From Gammaproteobacteria bacterium (GTDB lineage Bacteria > Pseudomonadota > Gammaproteobacteria > JBCCGL01): DNA of 64,000 nt. Position numbers and translations under genes: made by a program. The notes below the pieces were generated by a model. It saw only the letters and a program-made list of their open reading frames with translations, searched no databases and had not been told where the DNA came from. Below are positions 1-9,301 of the stretch, one piece after another. The stretch's first letter is position 1; every line of letters starts with the position of its first letter. The DNA is taken from the NCBI GenBank assembly GCA_965277715.1, contig OZ255836.1:2784001-2848000 (forward strand), in the 5' to 3' direction.

Positions 1-300
1 TTGATAGCTTTGCTTTTCCATGGCTTGCATCATCTTCATCCGTCTTGTCGACTTCAATGCGTTAAAATAGCTTGAATGACAAATTGTCTCGTCGTATATT
101 TCATCCGTAACCTGTAGATAGTGACGACCACTATGTACAAGACTTATACAGCGAAGTAACCCATGGCGAGAAAAAGCTACGTCATCAATGGCATCACATG
201 ATCTTTTCCATAAAGGGAAGCGTTCAGCAGCAATTGCTTTTTCCATACTTATTTTACAGTGTTCGGTGATATATTCTTCAACGGTCATCATTTCGTTCAT
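1..300 (-). CDS. Putative DDE transposase, N-terminal part (runs off the left edge)
   Basis: Open frame from ATG at 300 (MNEMMTVEEYITEHC...SGRHYLQ...HSSYFNALKSTRR), not in the ORF track because it is truncated; family call from recalled N-terminal resemblance only. Confidence 0.4.
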   Translation of the reverse strand, partial: MNEMMTVEEYITEHCKISMEKAIAAERFPLWKRSCDAIDDVAFSRHGLLRCISLVHSGRHYLQVTDEIYDETICHSSYFNALKSTRRMKMMQAMEKQSYQ

Positions 301-310
301 ATTCAATTTG

Positions 311-335
311 CCCATTTAATCAGATATTAAATGGG
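311..335. promoter_or_regulatory. Perfect 10-bp inverted repeat just upstream of the 1-300 ORF start
   Basis: CCCATTTAAT-cagat-ATTAAATGGG; function unknown. Confidence 0.35.
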
Positions 336-763
336 TATTTTAAAAAAAATTTTGCTGGTAAATGCAAGTGTTTTTTTGGATAATTTTATTTATTTTATGA
401 ATTATAAAGTTTGCTATCGGTTTGTAAAAAAACAGTACAAATATTATAAAAAATACTATTTGTAGCTCATGGCGGCTCTTGTCAGGTGTTATTCATTGCG
501 TTATTAGCTTCCTGGCAGGATTCTAGTGGTACACCCATGCCTCCGATAGTGGTTACAACCTTGATTGGGAACATTGACTCGTTCTATATTTTTCAACTAT
601 ATCTATTCCTATGCATAGCAATTGGTGTCAGGTAAATTTTCCCTGATATTGGATGTTATCCGGTAAATCAGGCAGATTTTCCTTGATAAGTGACAATTTA
701 CCGGGGTATCAGGCAAGCTGAAACTATAGAACTTACCCATACATATAGGAGGCTCAGAAAAGT

Positions 764-935
764 ATGTCAACTCCAACAAAGGAAAAAAAACTGCTTACAG
801 AAGTGCGTAGCCTCATAAGACGCCTTCATTATTCTATTTATACCGAGCGCGCTTACTGTGGCTGCGACCACGCAAAACCAGGCATTTAACGCCTTAGTTT
901 TTTATATACCCGTGTATTAAATGCCCATTGGGTAA
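764..935 (+). pseudogene. intI: Integron integrase N-terminal remnant, internally deleted and truncated
   Basis: RBS AGGAGG, then MSTPTKEKKLLTEVRSLIRRLHYSIYTERAYC; after a frame change VAATTQNQAFNALVF(L)YTRVLN; both are hallmark IntI SAM-domain segments; stops just before an AAAGGGGTCA motif. Confidence 0.75.
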
Positions 936-961
936 GTGAAAGAATGAAAGGGGTCAGGCCA

Positions 962-2527
962 GAATGGCACTTCCTTAAGCTGTAAGTATTTGAAGTAATT
1001 ACAAAAAAAGCTGGTTCTATGGTAGGTTATTTGTTGCCAACACAAATACCCTTTATCCCACAGGAACCAGCTATCATGCAGAGTAATGTAAAAGTCAACA
1101 TTCTTCAACGTCGCATCAAAAGCCGAGCTCAATCCTCGGATGCATTGAGTTTTTATCACTTGCTGACATCCTCTCAGTTACTTACGAAACTGGAAGAATT
1201 ACAACCGGATTTTCGAGCGCGTCGCTATCCTCCTCTAGACACCTTATCGCTGTTTTTATACCAAACAATGAGTGCAGATCAGTCCTGCCAACAAGCTGTC
1301 AACACACTCGCTGTACAGCGATTAAGTGAAGGTTTATCAGTGAGTAATACGTATACAGGGAGTTATTGTAAAGCGCGACAAAGGCTGCCAACCCCCCTCG
1401 TCTCAGGGCTTGCCCGTTGTACAGGCGAGTGTGTGGCGAATGAAGCGGCCAGTCACTGGCACTGGCAAGGGCGTTCAGTTAAATTGGTTGACGGCACCAC
1501 TGTGACAATGCCCGATACGCCTGAAAATCAGGTAGTTTATCCGCAACAGTCAGGCCAGCAAGTGGGGATCGGTTTTCCTCTTTGTCGCTGGGTAGGAATT
1601 ATTTGTTTAGCCAGTGGTGGTGTTCTCGATGCGGCAATGGGTCCTTTTAAAGGTAAGGGAGCGGATGAGCAAACGTTATTGAGAAAAATACAAAATGCGC
1701 TTAAACCGGGTGATATTGTGGTGGGTGATGCTTATTTTGCGGGTTATTTTTTTCTAGCAAACCTTATAGAGCAAGGAGTAGACGGTGTATTTGAGCCGCA
1801 TGGTGCGCGGCGTAAATCCACAGATTTTCGAGAAGGCAAAAGGCTTGGATCGAAGGATCACCTGATTTGTTATACAAAGCCCAAGAAGAGACCAGAGTGG
1901 ATGAGCGAAGAAGCCTATGAAGCGGCTGCTGATGAAGTGGTTATACGTGAACTGAAAGTGGGTAAAAAACTGTTGGTGACAACGTTGTTATCAGTTAAAT
2001 CGGCGTCTAAAGAGGCGCTTAAACAGCTCTACAAAGAACGCTGGCATGTCGAACTTGATTTACGCCATATAAAAACGACAATGAAGATGCACACTTTCCG
2101 TTGTAAGACGCCAGAAATGGTTGAGAAGGAAATGTGGGTACACATATTAGCTTACAACCTTATTCGCTTATTAATGGCGCAATCTGCCTTACTAGTGGAC
2201 ATACTGCCTCGACAGATAAGTTTTAAGCATACGTTACAAATTTGGGTAGCGTATCGTTATCAGAAAGGCGGTAGCCCTCTGGGTAGTGATAAGGTGTTGG
2301 CGCTATGTGCGTTGATTGCAGAAAACTGTGTGGGTAATCGACCGGGGCGTATTGAACCAAGAGTGGTTAAACGAAGACCCAAACCGTATCCTTTATTGAT
2401 GCAGCCAAGGGACGTGGCCAGAGGTGTTGTTAAAAAATATGGCCATCCCAAAAAACAGAAATAGATCATTTACAATGAAAGTACCTCCATATTTTTCATG
2501 TACTTAGAGCTTAAGGAAGTGCCATTC
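962..2527 (+). mobile_element. IS4-family insertion sequence, complete
   Basis: Perfect TIR GAATGGCACTTCCTTAAGC (962-980) / GCTTAAGGAAGTGCCATTC (2509-2527) around a DDE transposase. Confidence 0.9.
1076..2464 (+). CDS. IS4-family DDE transposase
   Basis: VDGTT, GDAYF and YKERWHVELDLRHIK (YREK) motifs; ATG 1076 preferred over 1019. Confidence 0.9.
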   Translation: MQSNVKVNILQRRIKSRAQSSDALSFYHLLTSSQLLTKLEELQPDFRARRYPPLDTLSLFLYQTMSADQSCQQAVNTLAVQRLSEGLSVSNTYTGSYCKARQRLPTPLVSGLARCTGECVANEAASHWHWQGRSVKLVDGTTVTMPDTPENQVVYPQQSGQQVGIGFPLCRWVGIICLASGGVLDAAMGPFKGKGADEQTLLRKIQNALKPGDIVVGDAYFAGYFFLANLIEQGVDGVFEPHGARRKSTDFREGKRLGSKDHLICYTKPKKRPEWMSEEAYEAAADEVVIRELKVGKKLLVTTLLSVKSASKEALKQLYKERWHVELDLRHIKTTMKMHTFRCKTPEMVEKEMWVHILAYNLIRLLMAQSALLVDILPRQISFKHTLQIWVAYRYQKGGSPLGSDKVLALCALIAENCVGNRPGRIEPRVVKRRPKPYPLLMQPRDVARGVVKKYGHPKKQK

Positions 2528-2633
2528 TGCATTGACCCCTTTTATGTTAATAACTATAAGCTATTGATTCTATTTCACTTTATTCCTTAGCCTGACGGCT
2601 ATGCCGCACACCCCTTATACTTTTGATTCCGAG

Positions 2634-2876
2634 CTATTTTTTCGTCTTCGTCGATAATGACCATAAAAAGTAGATTGATAAAAGGATGCCAACCAATTTA
2701 AAAGCGAATACGATAAAAAACCAAATTGGTCGATCATCAAACCATAATTTATTATTCGTCCTTAGATCATGTATCTCCCCAACTGACATACCTAACCAGA
2801 GATCATAGCCGAGCCAAGGAATTAGAAACAAGCAAATGCCTACATATAATATTTGAGATGATTTGATTTTCATCAT
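2634..2876 (-). CDS. Small two-TM protein, probable immunity protein of the upstream Rhs C-terminal toxin
   Basis: Starts 11 bp after the Rhs stop, low GC, two hydrophobic helices. Confidence 0.55.
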   Translation of the reverse strand: MMKIKSSQILYVGICLFLIPWLGYDLWLGMSVGEIHDLRTNNKLWFDDRPIWFFIVFAFKLVGILLSIYFLWSLSTKTKK

Positions 2877-2887
2877 AATTGATATTA

Positions 2888-4674
2888 TCAGTTAGAAGTA
2901 GAGTTTCTCTCTCCCGCTAACGATATAAAAGAGTCAACGCCAGAACCTCCTGTCAAGGTTAAAATAGCATCAGATATACTGGGTCTATATGACCCGGCTT
3001 CTGCGATTTTTTTAGCTCTCGTTCTCCTGGCTGTTATACTATTTGCTCTCCATTTTTTTGCTCTGTTGACCCCTTTATAAACCGCCAACCCAGCACGGCC
3101 TGCATTAGCCAAACCAAATATTGTGCCTACAGTATTACCATAGCCATAGGCATCAGAGTTGGTATTGACACTACAAATACCTCTAGATTCTCTATAATGC
3201 TTAGTCAAATTGAAAGAGAGAGAATCACCAAACCCTGCGACACTATCCACAGTCCCTTGAGATGGACTCCAGCCACCAGTTGCACTATAAACCCCTCCCC
3301 AAACATCATCCATGCCAAACAAGCCATACGGGTCATAGAACCCAACCGGATTCCCCCCAACATAGGAATAGACATTTAATCCCCCATTCAACCCAATCGG
3401 GTCACTCTGGGTATACAGTCCCGTGGTCGGATCATAAGTTCTGAAGTAGTTATAGTGTAAATTGGTTTCACTATCAAAATACTGCCCAGCAAACCGCAAA
3501 TTCACAACAACATCTTTACCGTTGCCATCTGGATCACTTTTACTCAGCGTATCACCAAATGCTTCACCCTCCCAACGCCATACAATATTCCCACCTGAAT
3601 CCGTCGCAAAACGGGGCGTCATCAGGTGATCGGTGTGAAGATAGTAGATTGTATCGCTATCTGCAATAGCATCATATTCAATTTGTGCTATAGGCGCATA
3701 ATCCAGCCAGATATAATCCTTTATAGGTTCTCCTCGCTCATTCGTTTCACTTATCAGCATTCCCTGAAAATCATAATGGTAGACGGTGGTGCTAATAGTA
3801 TTATCCGTATTAACCAACACTTTACGCGTGCGCTGCCCCATCGCGTTATGGATGTAGGTCGCCTTTAGTGCGCCTTCGATAAATAACTGATCCCAACGAT
3901 TCGCGTCGTTATAGGTTCTCGTTTGACTAGGCTGTACAGGCACAACCGCGTTGTTACCCCGGAAACGTTTTTCGACAAAATTAAGCCGGTTACTGTCAGG
4001 CGAGTAGTCGTAACGGGTCATTTCCAAGGCATTTCTAACACGGCTCGTTCGGTTACCATTTAAGTCGTATCCATATGAGTCTGAAGTGCCACCTTTGATT
4101 GTGTCATCTATTAGCCTATCTAAGGCGTCATACTGATAACCACTGTCTTGAGGTGTTGTAGTGCGACTGAGGATATTGCCATTGGCATCGTAACTATAGT
4201 TGCGTGAGTCGATAGCACCTGTGTTCTGGCTTACCAAACGCCCCTGTAGATCGTAACTACGGCTCTCTTGTAAACCATTACCTATAGTACAACTCAATAA
4301 ACGATTATCACCCCGGTAGGTAATACCGTTAGCTACTGTGTGATCCGAACCATTTATCTCCGCACCTATCGACTCTACTCTGCGCACTCCATCCCTATTA
4401 ATTGTTATCGCTCGACCACTGGGGTAAGTCATGCCAATTAAGTTATCACCGTTATCGTAACGGTAGCGCGTAACATATTCCTGACTTAATTCTACCTTAG
4501 TCATACTGACAACATTGCCATGCGCATCGTAAGCGTAACTGTAGGTGCCACTTTCATCTTCAACACCGCAAAGCCTTCCCGTGCCATAAGGACAATTGTC
4601 ATAAGTGTATGTCACATTCTCAGAACTATCCGGGAACGTTTTCGACACCAATCGCTCAAACTCATCATAGATAT
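2888..4674 (-). pseudogene. Rhs/YD-repeat protein, 5'-truncated, with Rhs core and C-terminal toxin domain
   Basis: YD repeats, LRFAGQYFDSET..YNYFRTYDP, NPVGFYDPYG cleavage motif; 5' end replaced by an IS4 fragment. Confidence 0.9.
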
Positions 4675-4866
4675 AATCGACCGGGGCGTATTGAACCAAG
4701 AGTGGTTAAACGAAGACCCAAACCGTATCCTTTATTGATGCGGCCAAGGGACGTGGCCAGAGGTGTTGTTAAAAAATATGGCCATCCCAAAAAACAGAAA
4801 TAGGTCATTTACAATGAAAGTACTTCCATATTTTTCATGTACTTAGAGCTTAAGGAAGTGCCATTC
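4675..4866 (+). mobile_element. IS4 3' fragment (near-identical to 2336-2527) with right TIR
   Basis: Encodes NRPGRIEPRVVKRRPKPYPLLM...KKQK* and ends GCTTAAGGAAGTGCCATTC. Confidence 0.9.
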
Positions 4867-4892
4867 GGGTCAGGCAAGTTATTTACTTTATG

Positions 4893-5925
4893 AAAGGGGT
4901 CAGGCAAGTTATTTACTATTTAACTGATTTTCAATTTGATGCATCACCTCTTTAAGTTCCCCCTTGTCCAGCTCTTTCTTGACGTGAGCTATTGCACTCG
5001 ACACACCACCAGGGTGACTTAACCCAAAATGTTGAGTAATCGCCTTTAACGACATATCACCAAACCGCTGGCAGTAGTACATGGCCAATTTGCGGGGAAT
5101 GTTCGCGCTACCTCCCTTACCTTGACTATCCGAAATACTGCCTTCACTCACTCGGCAACAATTTGCCACCGTTTTTACTATCACACTGCTGGCTACCTTT
5201 TCCCGCAATTGGGGCCGCACATCAACGCCACTCTGGCTTTCTTTGTACTCGACCAACTGTGAGCGGAACACCTTGTCACCTAACACCGTCGATAGGTTAT
5301 TTTTGCCGTAAAAGCGCTGTATATCCTCATCAACCCCTTGGTCTACATAGTCTGTGTAACGTTGACAGTCGTTTTTCACCGGTAAACAGGCATAAACACG
5401 ATCACGACACAACCAAGCAGGGCTCAATGCTTTTCCTATGTAAGCCGGGTAACTAGACCAGGGATAGTTCTTTAGCGATTGAACCAGAGGTCGTTTAGTC
5501 TCAATGGGGTTTCTATGTATATAGCGAGACAGGGGTAATAGATACGCATCTTCATCGACATTGATGGCTTTAAATCGCCCTCTAAACTGAGGACCATCCG
5601 TTTTTTTAAGGCGGTTATAACGCTGTGTATAGACACCATCGATATGCTGCATAATGCGACTGAGGTTGGCATCAGGTGTTTCCAGCAGTAGGTGATAGTG
5701 GTTGCCCATTAGGCAATAAGCGTGAATCACGGCGTGAAAACGCTCTGCGGCTTCGGTCAATGTGGCGAGAAACGCTTGGTAGTAAGCTTCGCTATGAAAA
5801 ACTGTCTTACGCTCCCGACCACGGTTCATTATATGGTAGAAGGCGTTTTCATATTCTATGCGGTGAGGTCTTGGCATGGGGTGATATTGACATAATCTAT
5901 GATAAATAACTAGCCTGACCCCTTT
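4893..5925 (-). mobile_element. RAYT-like HUH transposase element, type A, with 22-bp TIRs
   Basis: AAAGGGGTCAGGCAAGTTATTT (4893-4914) / AAATAACTAGCCTGACCCCTTT (5904-5925), 21/22 complementary; both ends tandemly duplicated. Confidence 0.8.
4909..5877 (-). CDS. Y1 (HUH) REP-associated-type tyrosine transposase with C-terminal DnaA_C-like HTH
   Basis: YHIMNRG, YCLMGNHYHLL (HUH), RYIHRNP (catalytic Tyr), YPWSS; C-terminus PRKLAMYYCQRFGDMSLKAITQHFG. Confidence 0.9.
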   Translation of the reverse strand: MPRPHRIEYENAFYHIMNRGRERKTVFHSEAYYQAFLATLTEAAERFHAVIHAYCLMGNHYHLLLETPDANLSRIMQHIDGVYTQRYNRLKKTDGPQFRGRFKAINVDEDAYLLPLSRYIHRNPIETKRPLVQSLKNYPWSSYPAYIGKALSPAWLCRDRVYACLPVKNDCQRYTDYVDQGVDEDIQRFYGKNNLSTVLGDKVFRSQLVEYKESQSGVDVRPQLREKVASSVIVKTVANCCRVSEGSISDSQGKGGSANIPRKLAMYYCQRFGDMSLKAITQHFGLSHPGGVSSAIAHVKKELDKGELKEVMHQIENQLNSK

Positions 5926-6103
5926 TGCTCTTTGATAAATAACTAGCCTGACCCCTTTTGCTCTTTTGTCTCCTTTTGTTTCGAATGCTCCACAATAAGG
6001 CCTGTGACATCATGGAGGAGTTGGATCACTTCTTGCCGTTGTGGGAGGTGCAACAGACGACAATAGGGAAAGCAGCTAAGGAAAATTAACAGCAAAAAAC
6101 AAC

Positions 6104-6153
6104 ATCCATACAACAAAGCCCCGGTTACTTAGCCGGGGCTTTGTTGTATGGAT
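6104..6153. terminator. Perfect 21-bp stem hairpin downstream of the toxin-immunity pair
   Basis: ATCCATACAACAAAGCCCCGG-ttacttag-CCGGGGCTTTGTTGTATGGAT; T-rich tail on the minus strand. Confidence 0.65.
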
Positions 6154-6162
6154 TGGGTTAGT

Positions 6163-6672
6163 TCAAGGATTACTTAATGAAACTGTATACACATCATATT
6201 TATTATTTATAAGTACATCTAGTAACTGACGCTCTTTTTTACCATTCACTAACCGAAACATCTCAAGCTTCAATGTTGCACGCCAAAAAGATTGGCTTTC
6301 CCTCATATTAACGTCTAAACCGATAATGCCCCAGGCTATAGCTGAGCCTATATGGTAACTATGCTGTTCTGGATGAAGATCCCAATTCGACAAAGTTACG
6401 TACAGGTTCTTTATTGGACACCAATCTTCTAATGCTGCACTTGTAATATCCTTTACCTCAGCAGTCCATGAGCAGTCATCAAACTGGTCGGGTAATTCAA
6501 CTAGCCGTAGTTTACCTGGAAATGCCCTTGGATCATTCCTTTCCAATAGAAGAGAGAAATTGTTTAGAACAAAATTTAGCCCTCTATCATTTACCAGACT
6601 AACACTGGAACCCCCGCCATAGGCCACAGGCTGGAATAACAAAAACAACAGAATGATAAGGCGAATTTTCAT
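6163..6672 (-). CDS. Exported protein, probable periplasmic immunity protein
   Basis: Sec signal MKIRLIILLFLLFQPVAYG; start overlaps the toxin stop (TAATG). Confidence 0.7.
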   Translation of the reverse strand: MKIRLIILLFLLFQPVAYGGGSSVSLVNDRGLNFVLNNFSLLLERNDPRAFPGKLRLVELPDQFDDCSWTAEVKDITSAALEDWCPIKNLYVTLSNWDLHPEQHSYHIGSAIAWGIIGLDVNMRESQSFWRATLKLEMFRLVNGKKERQLLDVLINNKYDVYTVSLSNP

Positions 6673-7685
6673 TAGAATTGAGCCGATATATGGAGATGAT
6701 TCCTGTGCAAGTTAACAATAGTTGCACTGTTAGCTCGATTGATAACATTGCCTGGACCCAATGTTTTTAGGTTAAAAGCAGGGCCATAATTTTCCCGTAT
6801 ATTAGCATGCGCCTGAAAGGCATTCTGGAGCGTCGTCACGTTAGATAAGTTCGACGCATTATCTACGCGCAATGAGTTAACTCGATTGATGTCTACAGCG
6901 TTTGCAAAACAATGAGCGCTATTGCTGCATGGCCCTCGAACGGTGCTATTTATATTGATTTTTAGCCCTGTGCTTCTAACGTTATCTTCAACCATAACTG
7001 CCAGCTCATCCCTTACAGCCAAATCAGTTGAAGCTCCATTCGGATCATCGTTAATGAAGGTTATGTCTGCGACACCATCACCATCAATATCTGAAGCTAT
7101 TCGACGATACCCGCCACCCGAGCTATTGCTGCCAGTTACAGGAGCACCTCCTTTTTCTGATGCTCCAGCTTGACTAAATAAATAACTAAAGGCCGCAGTA
7201 ACCGCCCCATTTGCAAACTTCCCCCCACCAAGCTTAGATGCTGTCCCCCCAATCACCGCAGCAGTAACCTTCCGATGAATTTTATAATTAGCGGACTTCC
7301 CCCAAATATCAAAATTCAACGGCTTTGCCCCTGCAGCAAAGGCCGACGAAACAAATCCGTAACCAAACTTTCCGCCTTGCGCAACCGCCAAAGTACCACC
7401 AACCACACCATTAGCAGCCACATTCAAGGCATGCTGACCTGTACCAGCATTAATGTCAAAGGTTGAACCAACCCAACTACTGGCTCGTTGGCCAAGATAA
7501 TACGTTATCCCCGCTACAGCGGCACCTCTAGCGGCTTCCGAGGGCGAAGCCCCATACGCTCTGGCTATGTCGTATTGCGCCGCCGCATAACACAGCGCCG
7601 CATAGGGGCCACAAAATGCTGAGCCAATTGTCGCCGCGAGATTGGCAATTTTTGGACCTACAGCCCGAATAACGGCTCTTGTACT
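6672..7685 (-). pseudogene. Orphan Rhs/YD toxin C-terminal fragment with LAS/M15-type Zn peptidase domain
   Basis: Gly/Ala-rich pre-toxin region (GGTASKLGGGKFANGAVTAAF), then SAHCFANAVD (H-x6-D) and HRNHLH (HxH); 5' end replaced by an IS110 fragment. Confidence 0.7.
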
Positions 7686-8190
7686 CGTCAATATAGTTCG
7701 GGGGGCAAAACGCAACTCAAAGGTATCAGTAAACGCGGGGACGAACACGTGCGCACTTTGTTGATACAGGGGGCGCAAGCGGCATTAAGTCGAATGCCTA
7801 AACACGATGATGGGCTAAGTCGTTGGGCCTGTCGTGTCAAAGCACGTCGGGGCCATTGTGTGGCGGCGGTGGCATTGGCCAATAAGCTCGCCAGAATTAG
7901 CTGGGCGGTAGCGGCTAATAATACAACTTACGTGCATAAAACAGCTTAATAACGTCGTTGAAGATTTCTTACCACGAGGTAGCGAAAGAGCAGTAAAGGG
8001 TATAACAGGTTAAACCGGCTCAGACAGAACCTGGAGGGGTCATGGTCTTCACAGACCGATTGCTTGATGAGGTGTCTGAGCACGGTTCCCATTATGGCTC
8101 TGGGCGGATAAACAAATACAATCCGTCCTATTGAGAAGCCGGATATATGACTGCTAACCTTATTTACTGTGGCTGCTCTGAACGCTAAAA
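7686..8190 (+). mobile_element. IS110/IS1111-type remnant: transposase C-terminus (to 7949) plus long downstream non-coding end
   Basis: RQYSSGGKTQLKGISKRGDEHVRTLLIQGA...AVALANKLARISWAV; downstream region contains GCCGGATATATGACTGC typical of IS1111 right ends; right boundary approximate. Confidence 0.8.
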
Positions 8191-8194
8191 AATG

Positions 8195-8446
8195 AAGGTA
8201 TTTTGCAAACACTCCGACAAAGCACTTCATCACTTGGTAGTGGGCAGAGTCCAGCACAAAAAAGACGGCAATATCTTGATTATTTATATGCAGCGATTGC
8301 GGATGATCGTGTGCTTCATCGACCTTTTAGATTTGAACCAAGAGTGGCAAAAAGGCGACCTAAACCACGGGCATTAATGACTCGACCACGGAACGTTTTA
8401 AAAACTGAATATTGGCAAGCTAAAGCGGCTTAACTTATTGCCATTG
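8195..8446 (+). mobile_element. IS4-family 3' remnant (a different element) with right TIR
   Basis: RPFRFEPRVAKRRPKP; ends GCTTAACTTATTGCCATTG. Confidence 0.75.
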
Positions 8447-8464
8447 TAATTAACCCCTTTTCCT

Positions 8465-8848
8465 TTACCAGAGTACCTTAATGCCATAATCCTGAAAAAC
8501 AGAGTCCAGGGTAATCACCGTCAGTTTTTCCAGTTGAGATTGCGCCATCAGCATTCTGTCAAAAGGGTCGCGGTGTGGCCCCGGCAAACTACCTGCCCGT
8601 TGTGCATGTCTGACGTTGACTGTTAATTCGGAAAAGCGTGCTTTAGCGATATAACCGATGACGTCATTCGCTAGAATTTCTGCTTCCGGCAGTTTTCCCA
8701 GGCGATATTTGGTGGATATTTCCCAGGCAGTTGCCGCAGAAACATAAATGGCGTTGTCGGCATCACTAATGACTTTCCTGGCTTTTTTCGATAGTTTTGG
8801 GCTGTCGGCCAGATACCAGATAAAGGTGTGAGTATCCAGTAAGTACAC
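8465..8848 (-). CDS. vapC: PIN-domain toxin (VapC family)
   Basis: YLLDTH, SAATAWEI, HRDPFDRML, TLD. Confidence 0.92.
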   Translation of the reverse strand: MYLLDTHTFIWYLADSPKLSKKARKVISDADNAIYVSAATAWEISTKYRLGKLPEAEILANDVIGYIAKARFSELTVNVRHAQRAGSLPGPHRDPFDRMLMAQSQLEKLTVITLDSVFQDYGIKVLW

Positions 8849-8854
8849 AGGCGG

Positions 8855-9079
8855 CTATTCCCAGCGCGCCAATTCACTTTCCGCCAAAGGATCAAAAAAT
8901 GCATCCGTCAATGCTATTTTGTTTTTCAGCAAACCAGGCGTTCTGGGTTCTTGAGAGACGATAGGCACTAGTCTGGCTACGGGCTTTCCCGCTTTGGCTA
9001 TAACACATTCTTCTCCATTAGCGACTTGCTCAAGCAAGCGGGAGAGATGGGTTTTTGCTTGATGGATATTTACTTGCAT
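8855..9079 (-). CDS. Phd/YefM-family antitoxin
   Basis: VNIHQAKTHLSRLLEQVANGEECVIAKAGKPVARLVP directly upstream of the PIN toxin. Confidence 0.92.
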   Translation of the reverse strand: MQVNIHQAKTHLSRLLEQVANGEECVIAKAGKPVARLVPIVSQEPRTPGLLKNKIALTDAFFDPLAESELARWE

Positions 9080-9301
9080 AACGTAAAAAGTTCCAGCTCA
9101 ATTGATAAATTAGTTCAATGTATGACTAAGTCTACTAAAGAAGTTCAAAGAGTCAAATTTCAACTCCCTAAATTAACCGGCCATTGATTGTGTTATCCCG
9201 CGACATCAGCAACCGCAGAGTAGCGCCTCGAAACCGTGGCCTCGCGTATTCGCCCTGCCATCCAGGTGGTTGCTTGACGCCCTACGGTAATAACCTAGCC
9301 A

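Noticed and set aside
500-640. Possible native attI (minus-strand AATAGATATAGTTG near 595-607) and degenerate cassette upstream of the intI remnant
   Set aside because: Position fits, but the core is not GTTRRRY and no convincing attC follows
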